Made by a program: the position numbers and the translations under genes
DNA from: a virus
Lineage: Duplodnaviria; Heunggongvirae; Uroviricota; Caudoviricetes
IMG/VR virus record: IMGVR_UViG_3300032225_001769
Location: 12,612-76,611 of that record
DNA length: 64,000 bases
Strand: one strand, 5' to 3'
Shown here: positions 55,592 through 64,000 of the stretch, one piece after another
How positions within the stretch are numbered: position 1 is the first letter of the stretch
Layout: each line of letters starts with the position of its first letter
Notes under the pieces: generated by a model
Told to the model about the DNA's origin: nothing
Database searches by the model: none
The model's input: the letters and a program-made list of their open reading frames with translations, nothing else

Positions 55592-58500
55592 TTATACAGT
55601 CTTTATTGGTAGTGCTCCAGTATATCTTAATCCATAATTTCTTCTTTGAATTGAAGAAAATGTAGTTAACCCAGAATCAACTGTAGTTCCGCTAACTCCT
55701 ATTGAAATTGGTGAACTAGATCTAGTAAATCCAGACATTCTTCCCCAAGAGTAATTTCCAATTGTGGATCCGGAAGTTGTAAGTCCTGTTACAGAAGTTG
55801 TGGATAATATGTTGCAAGTAATAATTCCAACACCAGCATTATTAGAATATGCACTAATATTGTAGATATTGTCTAAGAATGTAGTTCCGACTCCAACAAC
55901 CGAAGAATTTGAAGTATAAATTGAAGTAACTCCTCTTCCAACTTTGGTGTTAAAAATATAAATTGGATATCCGACAGAAAGCCCTGCTCCAACAGAATTT
56001 AAATGAAATTTGAGTGCTAAAACAGTACCTATTCCAGTTGTCGTACTTATACCAGTAATAATTCCCGAAAAACCCTCAACTGAAGAAATGTTAGTTATAA
56101 TTTCTTTTTTAAAATTGGTAGTTAATCCAACAGTATTTACAGAATTGTAATCAATAATCACTGCATCAAATTTAATATTTGGAAATGAAATGTTTTCATA
56201 ATTAAAGAATTGTGCATTATCAACAAAAATCTCAGTATTTGTAGTTGAGAAATTTTTAATTATCTTTGCTGTTGGGTAAATTAAGGATTCTATAGAGTTC
56301 CTAGTTTTATAAACTATTTCTCCATTAATAACACTATCTTTTTTCTGTTTAGTCCAACTCATCGGTTTATAATTAATGTCATCTACTCCTTGATAAGAAT
56401 ATAAATTAGTTTCAAATTTATCGGAATATGATAAATTAAATACTGTTCTTTCATTCTGAGATATTGATCCAGGTATATTATCATTTTTTAGTATCTGAAC
56501 AATATCACCTTTCTTTATAGTTTCTAGTATATTTGTATTAAGTTTACTATCAGATTCTCTAGTTCCCCTATAGAAGAATATTGCAATACTATCTTCTGGT
56601 TTTGGTGCAGTTGTAAATACAAAAGATGTACCTCCCTCAAATTGATATGAAACACCAGGATCTTGAATAACTCCATTAATAACAATGAATAACAAATCAT
56701 TCATATCAATAAGCGAATCTTCTGCTTTTTCGAAACTAAGAAGTTTTGAATTATAATATAATGGGAATCTAGTTCTTACCCCATCTTGATAATTTTTTAC
56801 AGAATCTATATAATCAAGTTCTCCAAATTGCCAAGAAGCGAAAGAATCTGAAAATGTATCAATAACTGTCAATTTAAATTCTGATATTGGGGAAGATAAT
56901 CTCTTATCTGTAACTAATCCAATAGCTTTGAATACATCTCCACGATTAAATGCATAACCTTGTCTAGAAATTTTGAATGACGAAACTCCAAAATAGGTAG
57001 ACCCTATTCCAGTAGAAGAACTAATTCCCGAATCAACATCGACTGTCAATAATAATCCAATTCCAGTGGCAGTAGTTGTTCCTATTCCCAATCTAGAAAC
57101 ACCAACAACTTCTAAATTTTCATAAGATGGTGGAGAAACAAATATTTTTGGATTTGTATAAGAAGTTCCACCGCTAATAACTGTAAATGATAGTGTTCCT
57201 CCCGCACCAACAGATGCTCTTATAGATGCTGCTGCTCCAGTATGCCCACTTTGATATACACTCACTCCTATAGAAACTAGACCATTATATCCAGAACCGA
57301 GATTATCAGTTGTTCCTAGTCCAACGGATACAATACTTCCACCACTTAAAACTGCCGTTACAGATGCGCCAACGAGAGGTGCATATCCCAATCCCAATGA
57401 TGACCCAAGAGAAACAATTATTCCACCTCTTGGAGTCTGGTTTTGATTTATATCATATTGAGAAGTAATATAATCTCCATTAGATGGATCCTGTATTCCA
57501 GAAAATACTACACTTGATATTCCAGAATTCTCAATAATTCTAAAGTTATTTTGTGGATTGTTAACTGTAGTTGGTGTTTGGAAAATTCCATTTATAAAGA
57601 GAACACCATTTCCACCAGTAGATCCCAATCCTACAGTATTAATACCTTGACTAGTTAATGTAAAGGTTCTTCCTATTCCAGTAAATTTGTATGATATATC
57701 ATCATAAATTTGGTTTGTAGTATAATCATTTCTTAAAAATACTCTTCCAGAAAAATCTGATGTTTCATACGACAAATTTCCCCTATCTACTATTAATTGT
57801 GGGTTTCCTCTTGGAGATTCCGTAAAGAAAATTTTACTTCCGACAATATTAAAAGATCCTTTATAAACAGTAGCTATTCCTGTAGTATCTTGGTGAATAG
57901 TTGCAGATGAACCAACAAAACCTCTGGAAACTTCAACAAGCGATACTGAACCACTATTAGTAATAGGTCCTCTACTTGTAGTACCAAATCCAACAGAAAT
58001 AACCTTCATATACTCATTATCGACTCTGAGTATATCTTTTGGTGATATTGACGAGATTCCACTTAAAGAGAATATGCTAGAAATGCCACTAATCTGTCCA
58101 CCATTATTGGTGAGATTGTACCTTATTGGAGTAAATAGTAATGGGTATTGAACAATATTATCAACAGTGATTATTGATTTATTATTCTTGTGATACATCT
58201 CTAGTTGATGAGCATTACCCAAACCATAAGAAGTAAATGTTACACCTACCCCCAATAGTGCATAATCTTTTCTGGTTGATATTTTAAATGTATCTTCAGA
58301 TAATTTGATAGCATAAACTTCAGATGGTAATCTATTGGTAATTACCCCTACAGAATTTAATGTGGAACCTATTCCTACCGCACTTTGTCCAACTCCGATA
58401 TATGTGGAGTTTGGAGTATAAATTAATCTCTCACCATTACTAAAGAAATGGTTTGATATTTTAAATACTCCAGTAGAAGGATTTACAATATTTGCATCGA

Positions 58501-61500
58501 CAGGATTAAAAATTTTTGCAAATATTAAATTTCCATCAGTTTTTAAATCGAACTCTAATTTATTAATTCTATCTCCATTAATTGAATTATATTGTGCAAT
58601 CTCAAAAAATTCATCAATTTTTCCATAAGAAAGATTTGGGGGAATATTTGCAGGATTTACGTCACTATAAAAACATTGATTAAATGATAGTATATTAATA
58701 TTGGAATTTATGTTCTGATCTTTATAAAATTTGAATTCAAAATTATTTCCAGAATATTCACCACCAAATGTTCCTATACCTAAAGTACCTATTCCTAATG
58801 CCCCCTCAACTGAAAGGAATGCAGATTGCTGTACGTATACATTTGTATTATCTTGAACTAATAATATTTTGTGTAATGCACTTGTGGATCCTATACTCAC
58901 CTTAACAAAAGATTTAATCGCATTAAAACTAGATTTGTTTAGTGTTGTTAAAGTTGTAGATGCTGCAGAAACATTTTTAAGGTATTTTGATTCATAAATT
59001 GCAGTTTGCTCTAAACCATCTATTTCTCCGGGCAATTTAAATCTATAAGTTCCTACTCCAACAGATGTTGTCCCAAATCCAACAATTTTTGAACGAATAT
59101 TAACAGAATTTGCCGAATTGTTGGTATATATTAATGATATTATTCCAGATGAAATATTGGCACTGAAATTTCCAATTAAATTTCCAGAGTAACTATTTGT
59201 TAAAGATTCTGAATCTGAATAATACTCAGAAATATAAGTATTAGTACCATCGTAGTTCAAATAAACATTTGAAAGATTCATTTGATTAGTTAAATTATCA
59301 ATTATTTGAACGTTTGCATACAAGGATTCAAACTTACCCGTTGGGATAGAAATAATTGATGCCGATGCTCCTGATTGTGAGGTTGTTACTACACCAGTTA
59401 AATTTACAAATCCTATAGATGTAGTTCCAACTCCCGATACGGATGAATTGAATTTACTTCTAATTAATTTAACATCATAATCATAATCATATGGATTTGT
59501 TGGTGTAAATTGAAGATAATTATCGAATATTTCATCAGTATAGATTGAAAATGTCCCATATTCGGAATCATTATTGGAATTGGATACTGATTCTTGGAAT
59601 ATTTCAAATACATTATTTGCATCAGATAATATAGTTAATTCTGTGAATTGGATTTGTGTTTTTGAAGTATTTGAAATTTTGAAAAGTAAATTATTATATG
59701 ATTCTGATGGTGAAATTTTAAAAATATTTAAAAATGTTGATGGAGAACCATCCGTATCTGAAAAATCTTTACTGATATTATCTATTTTTAAAACTCTATT
59801 GCTTATGCACTCAATATAATCTCCCAATTTTTTAGTTTTTAATTTTATAAATTTTGAAGATTGGTTAACTATATCAATATCTTTAACTAAATCAAAATTA
59901 TAAATTGTATCTACTCTGTTCTCATTTGTTATATCATGAATGACACTCAAATACTCTGAACTTGATATTCCAGATTTTGCACTAGATATAATTTCAGTAT
60001 CTGCAAAATTCTTTAATCCAATAGTATGAACCAAACTATTTACAGGTGTTTTTAAGTTTTCATACTCAATGGGACTTTTTATAGTATAAGAAAGATTTTG
60101 ATAATAATCATTATCTGAAATTGCTTGAGTATCTTGATTTAATTTCCCAATGTCATTTGCCCAACCAACATCTTTTTTCACGGAATAATCAATTTTAAAT
60201 ATTCCCAAATTCTGGTCTATTTTACTTATTGTTGCAATATTTCCAGATTCTTTTCCTATAATAACTTCACCCAAGGATAGGTTATAAGTACCACGTACTT
60301 TGATAAAATTATTCTCATAATTTGAAATAATTAAATCCCTTTCTATTCCATCAGAAACAATTTTTTCCCCGATTGTAAAATATGCTATTTTTTGTGTAAC
60401 TTTAAATTTTGGATAGTCGCTATACTTTATAATATTTGCAACAGAATCTTGAATAGTTTTTGCTATTCCAGTATTTGTTGTTAATCCGGTAATGTTAAAT
60501 GTAACTTTGTCTAGAGTTTCAGAATTATCATAGTTGCTGACAGTAAAGAATTGATAATTATAATCTTCAGAATTAAATCCTGATCCAGTAGAACTTTGTT
60601 TTTGTATTCCTTCAATAAAAACTTTGTCTCCAATATTAAATGGATTTGTACTAAATCCAAGACTTGGAGTAGTTATTGCACAGGTAAAAATTCCAGTAGA
60701 GGATGATTCAACCTTTTGAATACTAATTCCATTCGTATTATTTGCAGAGAATAATGTTACAGTTGTTGATGGCAATCCTTTTGGTTGTTGAATAATATTC
60801 AATGAGTTAATAGAACTTCCAAGTAAAGTTGATTCTAAGATTCCGCTATCTATTTTTTCTCCGGTTTCAGAATTAACAATTACAATTGAAGGTGCAGTTA
60901 CATAATTTTTACCACCATCTAAAATATCAATTTGAGAAATTGTATTAGAATTTTCAATTGTAATTAGAGGTGAGATATATGCATCTGGGCGTAAAGTTTT
61001 ATCGGAAGAATATTCAAATCCTTCATCAACAATTCTGACTTCTTTTGGATATCCTATTGATTTTGATTTTGCAATAATATATGCATCTTTACCATCTTTA
61101 GAATTTGATCCAGAGAGTGATGGAAGTTTTTTATATCCTGTCCCTCCAGAAACAATATTAAGTCTATTAATAGATCCCTGTTCAGATATTGAAGTTGTAG
61201 AATACTCTAAAGTATCACATTCACTCGATGAATATGCTAATTTTTCTGGATATTGATTTAATGACACACTAAAAGTAGTTGTTCCTACACCAAAAATAGA
61301 ATACGTATTATTATATTGACTGTCTACAAATAATATTTCGGAATAATTATTTGTATCTTTATCCGAAGTACTTATATATCCAGATTTTTCTAGGTTATAA
61401 TATAATCTAGTCGGTAAATTCTCATCATATTTTATAGTTAAAGATGCAGTTGATGTAATTCCTATTGATCCTAACCCAACCAATGTAGATCCGCTAGTTG

Positions 61501-64000
61501 TACCGGTTGAAACAAATTCATTTTTAAATTCTTGGTCATAATAAATTTTAAATTTATATCCTGATAAAGAGGAATCTGATAAATTAAATACTAAATTATT
61601 GTTCTTAACCGATTTTATTTGTGGATTTATTGCTGAAATACTTTGAGATTTGCCACCAGTACCAGCAATACTTACCACAATCGGTGGATTAGTTATAGAA
61701 TCAATATATGTTTCAGAAAGTTTAATATTATTATTGTCAATTCTATACACAAAATATGATCCGGTATATAATCCTGATGCAACTAAATCTGTTGAAGAAT
61801 AATATACTTTATCGCCAGTATTTAAATTATGGGAATTGATCGTAACAATATTATTTGAGGTATTAATTCCGGTTGAATTAAATCCTAAAGGATTTATGAG
61901 AATCTTACCATCCGATAAGTTTCTCTTAACATAAATTGAAATTGATGTTCCAATCCCAATAGAAAGAGATGGATTGACAGTCAAATTAATCAAATCGCCA
62001 TTATTTAAACTGTGTGTAGTTGAAATTGAAATAGTGGATTTAATTTTTTCAACCTTACCAATTACTTGGTTGTAAGTACTGCTAAAAGAATACCCATCAT
62101 TATCAGCACCATTAATGGTTGTAAAAAATACCTCTGAAGAATCTAGAGTTGTTTTTATACCTATTGTATTTTTGTTTTTGTTTACAATATATACTGTCTC
62201 AGAATTTCCAGACTTTGGTAAATAGAATGATGAAGAACTGGATGTAGTTGATATGGAAATTTGAGGATTTCCTTGAGGTATTGTAAAAATAACTTTCTGA
62301 TTATCTTTAAATGGGTGATTTTCAATATAAATTCCATTAGTTGGTATTGTTCTGGTTACTGAAGAAACTCCAAATGCAAAAGTTATAGAACTGGTAATTC
62401 CAACATTTGTACCGACTCCAATACTTTCCTTTGGATTAAAATAAACTCTATCAGTTGGATATGAGTCAAAATAATTTGTATTTTTTGAAAATGTTAAGGA
62501 ATCTGGTAAGAAATTTATTTGAGTTGTTGCTGTATGTGATACTCCAGTTGAACCTCTTTGAACTTTCAGAATATTTAAATTTGCAAATACTTCAAGAACT
62601 TTTAAAGTTTCATTACCAATAACAATACTACTTCCAACTGATACTGGTTCAGGTGGAAATTGTGATAGATAAATTTCTGTAGATAATCCTGCAGTAGATG
62701 AAGTTATTGATGAAATACAGGAAGATGTATATGAAGTAACTCCTATTTGATATGAACCGTTTAATTGACTTAAACTAGTTGAAAATCCAGAAACCGTAAT
62801 ATAGTCTCCAGTTGATAATGTATGACATGGTTTAATCGATACATTTACTTCTCTTTCGTTTTTCCAACTAAAAACAACATTTTCATAAGTTTGTATTGTG
62901 GTATTGATATTTGTAATTTCCTTTCCTTTCAATGAAGAAACTTTTACAATTAATCCACCTCCAGAGGTATTTAAATTATCAAATTCAAGAGAATCATTAA
63001 CTTTATAGTCCGACCCAGAATTTAATATGTCAAAACTTTCTACAGATCCCTCTGTTACTGACTCGATAATAGATTTTTGATTTGAAAATTCATTTGATTC
63101 AACTATAAAATCATTGGAAGCATATTGATCAGAAATTTTATATGGGAAAGTATTTCTAATTAAAGAAGAATTATTAAAATCAAAAGATTGATCAATATTA
63201 GAATTATCATCGATATAATTTGATCTATACTTGTTTCCAATAAAATATGGAAATGTTGGTATTAAGGTTTGACTTTCTAATGTGGCAAAATATGCATACA
63301 CACCATTTGGAAAATCTTTTGTTTTTCCAAATCTTCCATTATATTCATCCAAATCTCCAGAATTTGTGTAGATATAATCTTCAACAAAAAATCCGGATGG
63401 GAATTGTGGTCTATCTTCAATATTGTTAGTATTTAATTCATATCCAGATTTTAATAATTTCAGAGAACTGCTATCATAAGGGTCTACGTACCCATAGGGG
63501 CCGTATATTGGATTCCCGTCATAAGCCCATCCAATAATTTGGGAATGCTCGGCACCATTATCATTAAAACAGTTTCTGAGGGTACTAAAATATCCAGAAA
63601 TTGAGTATTCTAAATTGTCTAATTTTTCAACGAATAATTCATTTCCATTTTTTTTATTGTCATTAATAGTTAATTCTCTAACGCTGACTCCAATAAGGGC
63701 ATTAATTCCAGATGATTTTACTAAAATGGTTGTAGAAGTTGAATACCCTATTCCAGGATTAATAATTTTTACGGAGACTATTTTCCCATCCAATATAATT
63801 GGTCGCAATTCTGCACCTATTCCAGAATTAGTGGGATCTATCACAATTAATTCTGGAATAGAATAATAATCATATCCACCATACTGTAGATTGATGGAAT
63901 CAATTGTTCCATTAACGATAACTGGTTTTAATTGTGCTTCCTTGCCAGTTTTTATTGATACTAATGGTTTTTTATGAAAATTTAGTACAGTTGATCCATA
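55592..64000 (-). CDS. gp7: Baseplate wedge initiator gp7-like giant protein (5' end outside window)
   Basis: Frame is open to the window edge. HSQIIGWAYDGNPIYGPYGY, LDEYNGRF, FPYFIG; lies upstream of g8. Confidence 0.85.
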   Translation of the reverse strand, partial: YGSTVLNFHKKPLVSIKTGKEAQLKPVIVNGTIDSINLQYGGYDYYSIPELIVIDPTNSGIGAELRPIILDGKIVSVKIINPGIGYSTSTTILVKSSGINALIGVSVRELTINDNKKNGNELFVEKLDNLEYSISGYFSTLRNCFNDNGAEHSQIIGWAYDGNPIYGPYGYVDPYDSSSLKLLKSGYELNTNNIEDRPQFPSGFFVEDYIYTNSGDLDEYNGRFGKTKDFPNGVYAYFATLESQTLIPTFPYFIGNKYRSNYIDDNSNIDQSFDFNNSSLIRNTFPYKISDQYASNDFIVESNEFSNQKSIIESVTEGSVESFDILNSGSDYKVNDSLEFDNLNTSGGGLIVKVSSLKGKEITNINTTIQTYENVVFSWKNEREVNVSIKPCHTLSTGDYITVSGFSTSLSQLNGSYQIGVTSYTSSCISSITSSTAGLSTEIYLSQFPPEPVSVGSSIVIGNETLKVLEVFANLNILKVQRGSTGVSHTATTQINFLPDSLTFSKNTNYFDSYPTDRVYFNPKESIGVGTNVGITSSITFAFGVSSVTRTIPTNGIYIENHPFKDNQKVIFTIPQGNPQISISTTSSSSSFYLPKSGNSETVYIVNKNKNTIGIKTTLDSSEVFFTTINGADNDGYSFSSTYNQVIGKVEKIKSTISISTTHSLNNGDLINLTVNPSLSIGIGTSISIYVKRNLSDGKILINPLGFNSTGINTSNNIVTINSHNLNTGDKVYYSSTDLVASGLYTGSYFVYRIDNNNIKLSETYIDSITNPPIVVSIAGTGGKSQSISAINPQIKSVKNNNLVFNLSDSSLSGYKFKIYYDQEFKNEFVSTGTTSGSTLVGLGSIGITSTASLTIKYDENLPTRLYYNLEKSGYISTSDKDTNNYSEILFVDSQYNNTYSIFGVGTTTFSVSLNQYPEKLAYSSSECDTLEYSTTSISEQGSINRLNIVSGGTGYKKLPSLSGSNSKDGKDAYIIAKSKSIGYPKEVRIVDEGFEYSSDKTLRPDAYISPLITIENSNTISQIDILDGGKNYVTAPSIVIVNSETGEKIDSGILESTLLGSSINSLNIIQQPKGLPSTTVTLFSANNTNGISIQKVESSSTGIFTCAITTPSLGFSTNPFNIGDKVFIEGIQKQSSTGSGFNSEDYNYQFFTVSNYDNSETLDKVTFNITGLTTNTGIAKTIQDSVANIIKYSDYPKFKVTQKIAYFTIGEKIVSDGIERDLIISNYENNFIKVRGTYNLSLGEVIIGKESGNIATISKIDQNLGIFKIDYSVKKDVGWANDIGKLNQDTQAISDNDYYQNLSYTIKSPIEYENLKTPVNSLVHTIGLKNFADTEIISSAKSGISSSEYLSVIHDITNENRVDTIYNFDLVKDIDIVNQSSKFIKLKTKKLGDYIECISNRVLKIDNISKDFSDTDGSPSTFLNIFKISPSESYNNLLFKISNTSKTQIQFTELTILSDANNVFEIFQESVSNSNNDSEYGTFSIYTDEIFDNYLQFTPTNPYDYDYDVKLIRSKFNSSVSGVGTTSIGFVNLTGVVTTSQSGASASIISIPTGKFESLYANVQIIDNLTNQMNLSNVYLNYDGTNTYISEYYSDSESLTNSYSGNLIGNFSANISSGIISLIYTNNSANSVNIRSKIVGFGTTSVGVGTYRFKLPGEIDGLEQTAIYESKYLKNVSAASTTLTTLNKSSFNAIKSFVKVSIGSTSALHKILLVQDNTNVYVQQSAFLSVEGALGIGTLGIGTFGGEYSGNNFEFKFYKDQNINSNINILSFNQCFYSDVNPANIPPNLSYGKIDEFFEIAQYNSINGDRINKLEFDLKTDGNLIFAKIFNPVDANIVNPSTGVFKISNHFFSNGERLIYTPNSTYIGVGQSAVGIGSTLNSVGVITNRLPSEVYAIKLSEDTFKISTRKDYALLGVGVTFTSYGLGNAHQLEMYHKNNKSIITVDNIVQYPLLFTPIRYNLTNNGGQISGISSIFSLSGISSISPKDILRVDNEYMKVISVGFGTTSRGPITNSGSVSLVEVSRGFVGSSATIHQDTTGIATVYKGSFNIVGSKIFFTESPRGNPQLIVDRGNLSYETSDFSGRVFLRNDYTTNQIYDDISYKFTGIGRTFTLTSQGINTVGLGSTGGNGVLFINGIFQTPTTVNNPQNNFRIIENSGISSVVFSGIQDPSNGDYITSQYDINQNQTPRGGIIVSLGSSLGLGYAPLVGASVTAVLSGGSIVSVGLGTTDNLGSGYNGLVSIGVSVYQSGHTGAAASIRASVGAGGTLSFTVISGGTSYTNPKIFVSPPSYENLEVVGVSRLGIGTTTATGIGLLLTVDVDSGISSSTGIGSTYFGVSSFKISRQGYAFNRGDVFKAIGLVTDKRLSSPISEFKLTVIDTFSDSFASWQFGELDYIDSVKNYQDGVRTRFPLYYNSKLLSFEKAEDSLIDMNDLLFIVINGVIQDPGVSYQFEGGTSFVFTTAPKPEDSIAIFFYRGTRESDSKLNTNILETIKKGDIVQILKNDNIPGSISQNERTVFNLSYSDKFETNLYSYQGVDDINYKPMSWTKQKKDSVINGEIVYKTRNSIESLIYPTAKIIKNFSTTNTEIFVDNAQFFNYENISFPNIKFDAVIIDYNSVNTVGLTTNFKKEIITNISSVEGFSGIITGISTTTGIGTVLALKFHLNSVGAGLSVGYPIYIFNTKVGRGVTSIYTSNSSVVGVGTTFLDNIYNISAYSNNAGVGIITCNILSTTSVTGLTTSGSTIGNYSWGRMSGFTRSSSPISIGVSGTTVDSGLTTFSSIQRRNYGLRYTGALPIKTV

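Noticed and set aside
1-64000. tRNA, rRNA, CRISPR array, integrase or photosynthesis genes
   Set aside because: Intergenic gaps are short and were read without finding cloverleafs or repeat-spacer arrays, and no such ORFs are in the track.

Overview
A 64-kb, AT-rich segment of a T4-like myovirus of the cyanomyophage (Kyanoviridae-like) type. The host is inferred from gene content only, since no photosynthesis genes fall in this window. Every supported gene is on the minus strand. In transcription order (right to left) they are: baseplate gp7 (partial) and gp8, a 2445-aa virion protein, neck gp13/gp14, gp15, terminase gp16/gp17, sheath gp18, tube gp19, portal gp20, gp21/gp22/gp23, gp3, uvsY, uvsW, gp55, gp47, gp46, an accessory block with a VWA/MoxR (CobT/CobS-like) pair, gp45, gp44, gp62, regA, hsp20, gp43, uvsX, a 2OG oxygenase, gp41, a GIY-YIG endonuclease and mazG (partial). 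Main points of interest: (1) gp43 is split into two ORFs with complementary helical extensions and an HNH remnant between them. (2) A GIY-YIG gene carries a recoded duplicate of the gp41 C-terminus. (3) An Ala-start class 3 intein sits in the terminase P-loop. (4) A small basic ORF has an intrinsic terminator before its stop codon, like ArfA/BrfA-type non-stop mRNAs. (5) A modular 600-aa protein and a hidden 56-aa ORF carry T4 capsid-targeting-like motifs. (6) A palindromic element recurs upstream of three -10 boxes. No tRNA, rRNA or CRISPR array was seen. Family names come from recalled motifs, not from database searches.
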